DNA of 64,000 nucleotides, taken from IMG/VR virus record IMGVR_UViG_3300046665_000548, positions 1 through 64,000 of that record; one strand, written 5' to 3'. Position 1 is the first letter of the stretch; each line of letters begins with the position of its first letter. Of the stretch, positions 1-8,097 are shown in pieces. Position numbers and translations under genes: made by a program. A model generated the notes under the pieces. The model ran no database searches, had not been told where the DNA came from, and saw nothing but the letters and a program-made list of their open reading frames with translations.

Positions 1-23
1 GCGAAAGCTGATATATTCACCCC

Positions 24-164
24 ATGTACTTGTAGCTGCACCTCGCCCCTTTCATTGGTCTCGCTTCTGCGGGCGACCAGCTATATACGTATAACGCTCG
101 TGATCGGTTAATTCCGACGCGGGCGTTTTTTGTTTTTCATCGTACTATTGGAGATTGTAAATGA
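24..164 (+). other. Candidate amber-containing leader ORF (M-Y-L-UAG; 46 codons if read through)
   Basis: ATG TAC TTG TAG CTG CAC at 24-41; frame stays open to TGA 162-164, overlapping ATG 161; TATATT at 12-17 lies 6 nt upstream. Confidence 0.45.
93..137 (+). terminator. Intrinsic terminator/attenuator hairpin
   Basis: AACGCTCG...CGGGCGTT stem followed by a T-rich tract. Confidence 0.65.
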
Positions 165-553
165 GTTGGCTTGCCACCCTACTGGGTAGCAAGGCGAAGA
201 GCCTTGTCGAGCGTCACGAAGACGCTGAAGAATTTGAACAAGAAGATTTGGACGTTTGGGATTCCACCGACGATTACGGCTATGCGGATGACGAGATTAT
301 CGGCACCGAGGAGTGGGAAGATCAGAAAGGAATGGAAGACCTCAAGCGTTCTCTCAAGCTCAATGCCAAGTGGTTTCTGGTGAAGGTCGTTAATTTCAAT
401 TCAGGCACATTGGCCGAACAGATTGAATGGCTCACGGAAAACTGTGGAGGTCAGTACAAGCGTGTTGGATGGTCATCGGGCTGTTCAACGAAGGTCGGAA
501 TCGCGTTCGAGCGGCCGAACGATGCGTTCTTCTACAAGCTTCGGTGGCGTTAA
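161..553 (+). CDS. Hypothetical protein, FKLRW-ended paralog family
   Basis: GGAG SD; ends FERPNDAFFYKLRWR. Confidence 0.8.
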   Translation: MSWLATLLGSKAKSLVERHEDAEEFEQEDLDVWDSTDDYGYADDEIIGTEEWEDQKGMEDLKRSLKLNAKWFLVKVVNFNSGTLAEQIEWLTENCGGQYKRVGWSSGCSTKVGIAFERPNDAFFYKLRWR

Positions 554-828
554 TGGCAACCCAGATTTTCAAACCACAAAGTATGCGCATTCGCCCGTTC
601 ATGAGAAGGCATCTGCCGTCCATGTGGGGCGTGTCCAGGATATGCAGATTTCATCACAAGGTAAACCTGCGTACCGAGCATATAACCCAGGCTATGAAAG
701 AATGGATTGAAGAGCAGCCGGGATTCTATTATCGCAGTGAAGGCAACAAGGTTTTCTACTTTTCAGAACCTTCAGTTGCCTTGTTGTTCAAGATGCGTTT
801 CTTTGGAGATACTGATGAAAATCCCTGA
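553..828 (+). CDS. Hypothetical protein, FKLRW-ended paralog family
   Basis: ATG overlaps previous TAA; FSEPSVALLFKMRFFG. Confidence 0.75.
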   Translation: MATQIFKPQSMRIRPFMRRHLPSMWGVSRICRFHHKVNLRTEHITQAMKEWIEEQPGFYYRSEGNKVFYFSEPSVALLFKMRFFGDTDENP

Positions 829-1135
829 CGAGTGGAACGAGCACCCAGCGTTCGGTGAAGCTCAGATGGTTCTCGGGCCACTGGATATTCCGGCCGCTGA
901 GGAGATCGAAGGCTTTGATTACGGTGAAGACGATTTTCTATTGTTCCGCTGGAATAATAACGCAGTAACGATGATGTTCGAAGGCAATATGGTTGTGTCG
1001 ATATCCTATAGACACAAAGCTGCGGATGGTTCAATCACACGTTATGGAGCAGATTTCTTCATCACTGATCCTGTCCCACAAGTATTTTTTGAGAATATCA
1101 AAAAATCTACACTAACAGGCTTGACGAACAAGTAG
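815..1135 (+). CDS. Hypothetical protein
   Basis: GGAG SD before ATG 815; ends in TAG. Confidence 0.7.
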   Translation: MKIPDEWNEHPAFGEAQMVLGPLDIPAAEEIEGFDYGEDDFLLFRWNNNAVTMMFEGNMVVSISYRHKAADGSITRYGADFFITDPVPQVFFENIKKSTLTGLTNK

Positions 1136-1149
1136 AACCTCGCTAGCTT
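1121..1149 (+). promoter_or_regulatory. Sigma70-type promoter of the Pth2 operon
   Basis: TTGACG-N17-TAGCTT. Confidence 0.65.
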
Positions 1150-1193
1150 AACAATACACGAAGACAGTAACCAACTAAACCAAGGATATTCCA

Positions 1194-1625
1194 ATGTCGC
1201 TGTAGCTGCACCATCACATTGATCTAACGGCTCTCACCACTGAGGCCGAGAACGACCCCTATCGCTTGTACGCCATTGTGCGCGGCGATCTGGAAATGTC
1301 GCCGGGCAAGCTCGCGGCTCAAGCCGGACATGCCTATTGCGACGCGCTCCATGCAGCGCTCACTCGCGATCCCTCTATCCAACAGAAGTATTTCAGGGCG
1401 AATAGCTCGGGGACCAAGGTCACCCTAGTCGCGTCCTCCGAGTTCCGACTCCTTCGCGCATATCAAGACGCGCAGAAGGCCGGATTGCCGTGCGCTCTGA
1501 TCATCGATCAGCATCACGTGCACCCTCCACACTTCGACGGCTCACCCATCATCACGGCGCTCGGGATCGGTCCTGCGCGGCGAGCGGATGTGCACGCCAT
1601 CACGAAGCGGTTCTCCACTCTTTAA
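1194..1625 (+). CDS. pth2: Peptidyl-tRNA hydrolase, Pth2 family, with in-frame UAG at codon 4
   Basis: YAIVRGDLEMSPGKLAAQAGHA, KVTL and TALGIGP motifs; SD AAGGA precedes ATG 1194, in frame with ORF 1266-1625 through TAG 1203-1205. Confidence 0.85.
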
Positions 1626-1651
1626 CCCCTGAAAAACCAAAGGATAAGATC

Positions 1652-1930
1652 ATGACCAACGAAAAGACCTACACGTTCAAGTTCACCACCCGTGAAACCT
1701 ACCTCTCCTATCGCGCCGATTGGAAGGCCGGTTACGCCGATCTCGCAAAAGAGATCAGCGACCTCAAGCGCATCCGCGCAAAGGGCACTCAGTCAGAGAT
1801 GTCCGCCGCTCAGAGCAAGCTCCACTATCTGTCGATCAACGCGACGGAGATGCTGGCCGCACTCAAGGAAGCCAAGCTGGAGGCAGGCCGTCAGTGGGCT
1901 GCTTCCCGTGAAGATCGTGTGGCCGCGTAA
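1652..1930 (+). CDS. Helical hypothetical protein (paralog of N-terminus of 2268-2840)
   Basis: AAGGA SD; FTTRETYLSYRADWKAGYADLAKEI. Confidence 0.8.
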   Translation: MTNEKTYTFKFTTRETYLSYRADWKAGYADLAKEISDLKRIRAKGTQSEMSAAQSKLHYLSINATEMLAALKEAKLEAGRQWAASREDRVAA

Positions 1931-1943
1931 GCGGTCACCCTTC

Positions 1944-2020
1944 GTAGGGGTAGCTGAATGGTTCAAGCACCGGTCCGGAAGGAACGGAGTATGTAGGTTC
2001 GAATCCTACCCCCTACGCCA
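1944..2020 (+). ncRNA. tRNA-like RNA lacking a canonical anticodon loop
   Basis: Acceptor GTAGGGG/CCCCTAC-G-CCA; T arm GTAGG-TTCGAAT-CCTAC; anticodon arm CCGGTCC-GGAA-GGAACGG with no U33. Confidence 0.8.
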
Positions 2021-2040
2021 CATTTTTTTTGGAGGAATAC

Positions 2041-2256
2041 ATGGCCGTCAAATATCTCGATAGCTTCACAGTTTACCCCACGGGTTCTGACGAGAAGATC
2101 AAGTTTGATTCGCTTCACGAAGCACAAGCATACGTCGAGCGGATCGTAGGAAATAGATCGTTCGCGAAACCTTTCCCGAACGAAAAAACCTATCTGTACG
2201 GACCCGGTAACGGCGACACTACACATATGATCCGCCAAGACTGCACATTCATTTAA
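2041..2256 (+). CDS. Hypothetical protein
   Basis: GGAGGA SD before ATG 2041. Confidence 0.75.
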   Translation: MAVKYLDSFTVYPTGSDEKIKFDSLHEAQAYVERIVGNRSFAKPFPNEKTYLYGPGNGDTTHMIRQDCTFI

Positions 2257-2267
2257 GGAGATCGATT

Positions 2268-2840
2268 ATGAGCGCGATGGGAATGCACCCGAAATTCACC
2301 GACAAAGAAGGCTATACCAACTGGATGGCCTCTTGGAAATCCATGTACAAGCAACTTTCTAGCGAGATCACCAAAGACAAGCTTTTCCTGAAGAAAGCTT
2401 TCCGAGAATCGTCTGTCGTTTCCGAAGAGACCAGGAAGCGTCAGAGCAATCTCGTACATAAGCGCGTAATGGCGCACAAGATGATGACCATGCACAAGGA
2501 TGCAAAGGAACGCTGGAAGCGTATCGTCGGCATGCAGAAAGAGATCGATGATCAGATGGCAAGCTTCCCGCTGACGCTGGAGGCCCCGAGCATCGATTTC
2601 CATTTCAACAAGGGCAGCATCGAATTCCCGTTTCTCCCTTCGTGGATCATTAAGTGTAAGGGCAAGACGTTCTACATGAACCATGTCGATTTTGATTGCG
2701 TTGGAACGACTCGCGAGACGCCTGAGCATCCGTCCACCAAAGGTTCGATGCGTTTCCGGCAGTGTTCGCTCGAACTGAGGGCAGATGGATCAGCATCGAT
2801 CAAAAAGAGGCAGCCAGTCGAATTGGCGAAAGTCGCTTGA
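2268..2840 (+). CDS. Two-domain hypothetical protein
   Basis: AAGGAG SD; N-terminus resembles 1652-1930; C-terminal FHFNK...W...RETPEHPSTKGS beta domain. Confidence 0.8.
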   Translation: MSAMGMHPKFTDKEGYTNWMASWKSMYKQLSSEITKDKLFLKKAFRESSVVSEETRKRQSNLVHKRVMAHKMMTMHKDAKERWKRIVGMQKEIDDQMASFPLTLEAPSIDFHFNKGSIEFPFLPSWIIKCKGKTFYMNHVDFDCVGTTRETPEHPSTKGSMRFRQCSLELRADGSASIKKRQPVELAKVA

Positions 2841-2864
2841 CAAAAATCGAATCTGTGTTAGTTT
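2837..2864 (+). promoter_or_regulatory. Sigma70-type promoter
   Basis: TTGACA-N16-TAGTTT. Confidence 0.6.
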
Positions 2865-2882
2865 TGAGGCTCCACGGAGGTC

Positions 2883-3878
2883 TTGAACATGTCGATCCAC
2901 CCCGGCGTAGAACTCGGTACCTATACTGAAGAACTGCGCCGGGTCCCCGTTCACCTGGATCACAAGCCTCATTTGACTTTCGATCTCGCCAAGGCTCTTG
3001 GGCCACAGGCAGTTGCCGAAGCCTCCGAATATTCAGGCGAGACGCTGATCGACCGGGTTCGTAACCTGGGGATGGAAGATTTCGCGAACCTGACGGTCGA
3101 TCAACTCGCCAAGGTTCGTCGCGCCTCGTTCATCATGATGGGTTCCTCTGTAGAGGATGCATTTCGGAACGAGCCGCGTCTTCGCATCATCCAAAAGATT
3201 GAAAACAGCATGTGGCGATGGGGCGTCTCCCGCTCCGGCTGGAATGAGGTCGTTGATGCCTATGATGGCATTCGTCGCTTCACTTTTCATCCCGACTTTG
3301 AGGTCCGGCTCGATCACACCACTGGTCACAACGAGCGCGGCCATAGCCAGTATAGCCGTACGTTTCTCGACGGCGTGTTCGGCTTCCTGATCTATTATCG
3401 AGGCGAGCATGTGATGACGCTCGGCTTTTCGGTCATGAGCAAGCGCCGTCTGCTGATCCAGCAGGTGCAATTGAAGAAGCGTCGCGGAAATCGATGGTTG
3501 TTTAAGCTGTCGAGCAATTACGTGGAGTTCGCTCTTTCTCGCTTCCAGGAAAGCTTTCCGCGTCATCGCCTCTACCTGATCGACGGCGAAGACAACATTC
3601 GTACGAGTCTCAACTCGTATAGTTCTGGTTTGAAGGATGCGGAAAGCCAATTGGAACGCGCGACCGCATCCCTCAAGAAGGCTGCGGGCCAGGACCGAAC
3701 GTACGATTTACGTTCGATTAATCGCGCACTCGATGACAAGCTTTTCTTCAAGGAAAAGATTGAACACGTTCGTGAACAAGTTGGCCGCGTGACTGCGATC
3801 TACGCCAACACTGGCCGATATACTCGCGGCAAGACGTTGGTCGTCAATCGCCTAAAGCATTACGCGCTGGCGGCTTGA
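2883..3878 (+). CDS. Hypothetical protein
   Basis: 331-aa ORF with GGAGG SD (start may be ATG 2889). Confidence 0.8.
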   Translation: MNMSIHPGVELGTYTEELRRVPVHLDHKPHLTFDLAKALGPQAVAEASEYSGETLIDRVRNLGMEDFANLTVDQLAKVRRASFIMMGSSVEDAFRNEPRLRIIQKIENSMWRWGVSRSGWNEVVDAYDGIRRFTFHPDFEVRLDHTTGHNERGHSQYSRTFLDGVFGFLIYYRGEHVMTLGFSVMSKRRLLIQQVQLKKRRGNRWLFKLSSNYVEFALSRFQESFPRHRLYLIDGEDNIRTSLNSYSSGLKDAESQLERATASLKKAAGQDRTYDLRSINRALDDKLFFKEKIEHVREQVGRVTAIYANTGRYTRGKTLVVNRLKHYALAA

Positions 3879-3909
3879 CAGACGGCGCATTCAAGTAGAT
3901 TGATCTTGA

Positions 3910-4080
3910 ATGAAGATTTACATTCTCACCGCGCATAAGGCTGATCCGAATGGCGGCGAGGGCACTACAGAGGTTATGAATTTCGGCTGGACCGATAAGG
4001 CAATAGCGGAAGCCTATAAGGACCAGCATGAAGTCTATTATGACACTCAATTTGAGGTACACGAAATCGATGTGATATAG
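3910..4080 (+). CDS. Small hypothetical protein (56 aa, absent from ORF track)
   Basis: MKIYILTAHKADPNGGEG...FEVHEIDVI, TAG stop; TTGACA at 3875. Confidence 0.65.
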   Translation: MKIYILTAHKADPNGGEGTTEVMNFGWTDKAIAEAYKDQHEVYYDTQFEVHEIDVI

Positions 4081-4090
4081 AACGTCTCTT

Positions 4091-4178
4091 GGGGATGTAG
4101 CTCAGCGGTAGAGCGCCGGTCTCTAAAACCGGGGCGGCCAAAAGCCCGGCGCGGGTTCGAAGCCCGCCATTCCCACCA
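4091..4178 (+). tRNA. Amber suppressor tRNA (anticodon CUA), long variable arm, G4:U69, A73
   Basis: GGGGATG/CATTCCC-A-CCA; anticodon arm CCGGT-CTCTAAA-ACCGG; T arm GCGGG-TTCGAAG-CCCGC. Confidence 0.9.
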
Positions 4179-4179
4179 A

Positions 4180-4256
4180 GCTCCCTTAGCTCAGTTGGTT
4201 AGAGCACTGGACTCTAAATCCGGGGGTCGTCGGTTCGAGCCCGACAGGGAGCGCCA
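4180..4256 (+). tRNA. Amber suppressor tRNA (anticodon CUA), short variable arm, G73
   Basis: GCTCCCT/AGGGAGC-G-CCA; anticodon arm CTGGA-CTCTAAA-TCCGG; T arm GTCGG-TTCGAGC-CCGAC. Confidence 0.9.
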
Positions 4257-4260
4257 GTTA

Positions 4261-4292
4261 GAAAGCCGGGGGAAACCCCGGCTTTCTTTTTC
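4261..4292 (+). terminator. Intrinsic terminator after tRNA pair
   Basis: GAAAGCCGGGG-GAAA-CCCCGGCTTTC plus T tract. Confidence 0.85.
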
Positions 4293-4296
4293 TTCT

Positions 4297-4776
4297 TTAC
4301 ATTACTTCCGCGACGACGCGGCCGACACCACGACCGGTCAGACCGATAGCGCTGGCTGCGCCCTTGGACAGGTCGAGCACGCGACCTTTGATGAATGGGC
4401 CGCGATCATTGACCGTGACGACGACGCTGCGGTCACCGTGGGTGACACGTAGCTTGGTGCCGAACGGCAGCGAACGGTGCGCAGCGGTCATGGCGTTCTG
4501 ATTGAAGCGAGCGCCCGAAGCGGTCTTGTTACCGGCTTCATTGCCGTAATAGGACGCGACGCCAGAAAAGGTGCGTCCGCTTCCAGTCGTCACGGGCGCG
4601 GCGGTTGCGCGAAACGCGTGGTCGAAAAACGACAGGATGGATGGAGTGGTATCTGGCGTCGGCTTGGCGACGCGCTGAGCATGATGCCGATGATGGTGAG
4701 ATTTGGCCGAGGCTGTATCAGCAATCGTGCCGGTCATTAGAAGAGCGAGAGTAGCAACAGTGATAATGGGTTTCAC
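4297..4776 (-). CDS. rlpA: RlpA-family (DPBB) lytic transglycosylase with signal peptide
   Basis: GVASYYG, TASG, TAAHRSLPFGT, VNDRGPF, LDLSKGAA; GTG 4776 after AAGGA. Confidence 0.9.
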   Translation of the reverse strand: MKPIITVATLALLMTGTIADTASAKSHHHRHHAQRVAKPTPDTTPSILSFFDHAFRATAAPVTTGSGRTFSGVASYYGNEAGNKTASGARFNQNAMTAAHRSLPFGTKLRVTHGDRSVVVTVNDRGPFIKGRVLDLSKGAASAIGLTGRGVGRVVAEVM

Positions 4777-4896
4777 GTAATTTCCTTTTGAACATTTAAC
4801 GGAGACCGTTCTACCAAACAATTAGGCGAGAACAAGGACATTAAATGGTTCCGCATATGGCCAATTGGCAACATAAACTTCGTGAAATAACCTACC

Positions 4897-4902
4897 TAAA
4901 TA
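4897..4902 (+). promoter_or_regulatory. T4-like late promoter core
   Basis: cTAAATA 5 nt before ATG 4908. Confidence 0.65.
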
Positions 4903-4907
4903 GGGCT

Positions 4908-5141
4908 ATGACGATAAGCACAGTAGCCCTCATGGAAGCCCAAATAGAATTGGACGATCTCAATCTTGTTGGAATGTTTGTGGATGACGCGGTTGCGATC
5001 CTCCGAGAGACATACAAAAACTTTGACATCAAGGTCGCAGAGCCTAGCGCCAAAGCCAGAGTTGGTGTCATCGATAACACGACAATCTGGGTTTGGATTT
5101 CCTCCGAATCGTATCGAGTGACGGCGCTCGTCCATCAGTAA
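4908..5141 (+). CDS. Small late protein
   Basis: Follows late promoter; N-terminal ALMEA. Confidence 0.65.
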   Translation: MTISTVALMEAQIELDDLNLVGMFVDDAVAILRETYKNFDIKVAEPSAKARVGVIDNTTIWVWISSESYRVTALVHQ

Positions 5142-5147
5142 AGCATC

Positions 5148-5153
5148 TAAATA
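5148..5153 (+). promoter_or_regulatory. T4-like late promoter core
   Basis: cTAAATA 5 nt before ATG 5159. Confidence 0.7.
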
Positions 5154-5158
5154 GACGT

Positions 5159-6004
5159 ATGATGACATTCGTACGCCTAATGGAGCTTGCTGGCCAGCCC
5201 ATTCTCCTTGAACGCCTCACGCCTTCTCAGGCGAAGGCTATTTTTGTTCAGCATGGTGCGCCGGAAACGGCTTTCTCGTCACCAGAAGCGCTCAAAGCGG
5301 CGTGGAAAAAACTCATTATCCAGCATCACCCAGATCGCGGCGGCAGTCCTGGCGTAGCGCAGGAGGTCAACGCGGCCTTCGACGTGCTCAAATCAACGCC
5401 TGTGTCTTCGTCTGGATCAAGTCAAGATTGGCCTGACTACAGCAAGGGCTCGTACGGCCGATCTAGCCAGGAAGATAGTGATCCATATCCGGTATGGGCT
5501 CAAGCGGGATGGTCTGGTGGTGCGCGCGAATCCGGCCGTATCAGCCGTAACGATTATCGCGACATGAATTTCTTCAAGAAGAAGATGTGGGAATTGAGCG
5601 GCCAATCGAAAGAAGAATGGACAATCACTGCATTCGACGGCAGCTTTTTCCGCAATTCTCTGACTGTTTATGGTTCGCCCAAAATTTTCAAAGACATGGC
5701 CGAAGCAATGGTCATGTGGAATTCTAAGGGTGGAAATTCTTATCCGACCCGCGCCGTGTTCGCGTCTCGTCGTCGTTCAAAGAAGATGTACGTGATCTAC
5801 TGTGATGGAAAGTTCATGAGCTTTGATCCGCCCGCCCTCGCTCACGACTCGATGAATGACAATCCAAGTAACGATCAGAGCTTCATGCGACAAATGCCTG
5901 AGATGCTGGATCGGATCATGGCGCAGCGTCAACAGTCGAGAAATTCACGAGCCGAAGCCGAAGATCGCGAATGGCAAGGTCGTACTCGGAACGGAGACAA
6001 TTAA
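5159..6004 (+). CDS. J-domain-containing late protein
   Basis: LKAAWKKLIIQHHPDRGG...QEVNAAFDVL. Confidence 0.8.
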   Translation: MMTFVRLMELAGQPILLERLTPSQAKAIFVQHGAPETAFSSPEALKAAWKKLIIQHHPDRGGSPGVAQEVNAAFDVLKSTPVSSSGSSQDWPDYSKGSYGRSSQEDSDPYPVWAQAGWSGGARESGRISRNDYRDMNFFKKKMWELSGQSKEEWTITAFDGSFFRNSLTVYGSPKIFKDMAEAMVMWNSKGGNSYPTRAVFASRRRSKKMYVIYCDGKFMSFDPPALAHDSMNDNPSNDQSFMRQMPEMLDRIMAQRQQSRNSRAEAEDREWQGRTRNGDN

Positions 6005-6712
6005 GTGCGCTACCACGAAATTATCGAAATGGCTCCGTCTCCTGAAGTGAAAGCGATGCCGCTTTATCACGGTACCAAAACTGAGGAGGCCGCTCGAAAT
6101 ATCCTAGCCAATGGAATTCAGCCTGGAGCCCTTACTCAGGGTAGAGGACATCTCGCTCCGGTTGCGGGCAAGGTCTATCTTACCCCAAGTATCGAGTATG
6201 CGACTATCTATGCGCTCGGTGGCGTCTGGATGACGCACGCGATGCGACCTGAATTGCTAAAGGGAAGCCAGTTCGGTTACGTGTTTGTTGTCGATGGTAA
6301 TGCCTTAACTGACATTCAGCCGGATGAAGACTCAGTAGGAGAATTCATCGGCAAGCATTCGGAACGCAAAAGAAACCCAATCACTGGTCGCTACATCGGA
6401 TGGGACTTTCGATCAGATGGCGTCGATGATCAAGCGAAACGAATGGTTTATCACAACATCAAACATTCGATGACGCCGCGCCAATATGAAGCGTCTTGCG
6501 AAGGGTTCATCGCGGCCCAAGCTGCTGGCGGCAAACGGGCTCTAAAGCGATTGTCAAATGAAGATAAGGCCAATCTCGTCAAGTGGGGCGCTCATATCGC
6601 CCATGACGGTGCGATCCATCCAGTTGCGTGTTGGAAGATCGACAAGATGCGATCCGCAGAGATAGCGAAGGACGCGTCCAATTTCTTTGATATAGCTGAA
6701 CGCGTCCTCTAA
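6005..6712 (+). CDS. Putative ADP-ribosyltransferase-fold protein
   Basis: LYHGT...NILANGI...VYLT...ATIYA; N-terminal MRYHEIIE. Confidence 0.6.
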   Translation: MRYHEIIEMAPSPEVKAMPLYHGTKTEEAARNILANGIQPGALTQGRGHLAPVAGKVYLTPSIEYATIYALGGVWMTHAMRPELLKGSQFGYVFVVDGNALTDIQPDEDSVGEFIGKHSERKRNPITGRYIGWDFRSDGVDDQAKRMVYHNIKHSMTPRQYEASCEGFIAAQAAGGKRALKRLSNEDKANLVKWGAHIAHDGAIHPVACWKIDKMRSAEIAKDASNFFDIAERVL

Positions 6713-6717
6713 ACCTG

Positions 6718-7227
6718 TTAGCGGCAGCCCTTGTTCGAGTAGGCAGTATGACTGTCGAACTTGGCAATCGGGCGAAGCGTTGCGAAGAAAACCTTCGAAT
6801 TAGCTGAAACCCCAACGTTGTCGGTGCGCTTGTAGTAGTGAGCGCACTTCATCTTAGCAGGAAGCGCAACCTTACCCGTGTAAACCTCTTCGGCAACCTG
6901 CGTCGCTACGGTCCAAGCCTTGGCGTCACGGATTGGCTTGCCGCCACCCGCCCACTGGGTCCAAGAAAACTGCTTAGGCTGCCATACGGTCTTGCAAACA
7001 GTGTTGCCCCATTCGCTTTGAGCCAGAGTGCGGTTGACCGTAATCAGAGCGATCAGCTTCTGCGCATTAACCGATTCGCCGCGACCTTCATGGTACACGT
7101 TTTGCGCGAGACATTCCTTCTCACGAGATTGAGTGAACTTGGCGTGACCGGCCATGGTCGCGAGAGGCAGCACGATTGCTGCGGTCAGGAAGGTAGAAAT
7201 CTTCGAAATGAGCTTTTTTGAAAACAC
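6718..7227 (-). CDS. SleB-like cell wall hydrolase (Hydrolase_2) with signal peptide
   Basis: CLAQNVYHEGRGE, VNR, TVCKTVWQPKQFSWT. Confidence 0.9.
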   Translation of the reverse strand: MFSKKLISKISTFLTAAIVLPLATMAGHAKFTQSREKECLAQNVYHEGRGESVNAQKLIALITVNRTLAQSEWGNTVCKTVWQPKQFSWTQWAGGGKPIRDAKAWTVATQVAEEVYTGKVALPAKMKCAHYYKRTDNVGVSANSKVFFATLRPIAKFDSHTAYSNKGCR

Positions 7228-7376
7228 TCTGTTCCCCTATCGTTGCCGCGCTTCGTGCGCTTGGAGACAACTTAGCAGGGGCAGGTTAAACAAACGTTGC
7301 CAGGATAGGACAAGACTAGCGATGGTTAATGCATGGAAAATGCTTGCTATATGGTCGGTTCGTGGTATGATTAGCC

Positions 7377-7844
7377 ATGCAACTTTTTGTCGATTCTGAT
7401 GGGGTCTTTTACGACTTCACCCAACATGTAATTGATCTGTTCGGTATTCATCCCGATCAGTTCTCTGGCGGTCCGAACGCGATGTGGGAAACCATCAACG
7501 CGAACGACACCTTTTGGCAGACCATGCCTTTGATGCCAGACGCTCTCCTGCTTTGGGAGGCCATCAAACCGGCTCGCCCAATCGTGCTCACTGGGTGTCA
7601 TCGCGACAACTATGACAGCATCGTTACGCACAAGGAAAAGCGGTGGCTGGAGGATTTTAGTCAGTCCAGCATCATCACGTGCTTGTCCAAAAACAAGGCA
7701 ATGCACATGGAGAAGCCTGGAGACATCTTGGTGGACGATACCTATCGTATCATCAAGAAGTGGGAGGCTGCTGGTGGTCGCGGTGTTCTGTTCAAGAACG
7801 CGTCCCAGGCTATCGCTGACTTGAAGACCCTCGGGGTTATCTGA
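7377..7844 (+). CDS. HAD-family 5'(3')-deoxyribonucleotidase
   Basis: FVDSDGVFYDF, LTG, ILVDD; TATGAT 5 nt upstream of ATG. Confidence 0.85.
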   Translation: MQLFVDSDGVFYDFTQHVIDLFGIHPDQFSGGPNAMWETINANDTFWQTMPLMPDALLLWEAIKPARPIVLTGCHRDNYDSIVTHKEKRWLEDFSQSSIITCLSKNKAMHMEKPGDILVDDTYRIIKKWEAAGGRGVLFKNASQAIADLKTLGVI

Positions 7845-7847
7845 TCG

Positions 7848-8066
7848 ATGGCTGACGACATGCAGACGCACGTCGCCAAAACGATCTGCTGGGCTGCCGC
7901 GACTGACCTTCGTGAGAGGGACGGTTGCGGCATCTGCTATGAGAACGGTGGCGAATGCAACATGTGGCCGCATTTCATGCGAGAAGCCGATCTCGCTATC
8001 AAAGCGGTTCGCGAATATGCTATGTTGACCCCGAGGAAGAAGCCGAGATTGAACTCGGAACGCTAA
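7848..8066 (+). CDS. Cys-rich hypothetical protein
   Basis: Directly follows the HAD gene. Confidence 0.55.
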   Translation: MADDMQTHVAKTICWAAATDLRERDGCGICYENGGECNMWPHFMREADLAIKAVREYAMLTPRKKPRLNSER

Positions 8067-8069
8067 ATA
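8064..8069 (+). promoter_or_regulatory. T4-like late promoter core
   Basis: cTAAATA upstream of 8098. Confidence 0.65.
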
Positions 8070-8097
8070 CACGGTATTTTTCGTGTAAAGGTGGCAA

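Noticed and set aside
4180-4256. Reading the second tRNA as tRNA-Arg(UCU)
   Set aside because: The CTGGA/TCCGG stem fixes the loop as CTCTAAA with CTA at 34-36; UCU would need C33, and A20 is absent
4195-4452. ORF-track proteins over the tRNA genes (also 39473-39697 and 1692-2063)
   Set aside because: They overlap clear tRNA structures; shadow ORFs
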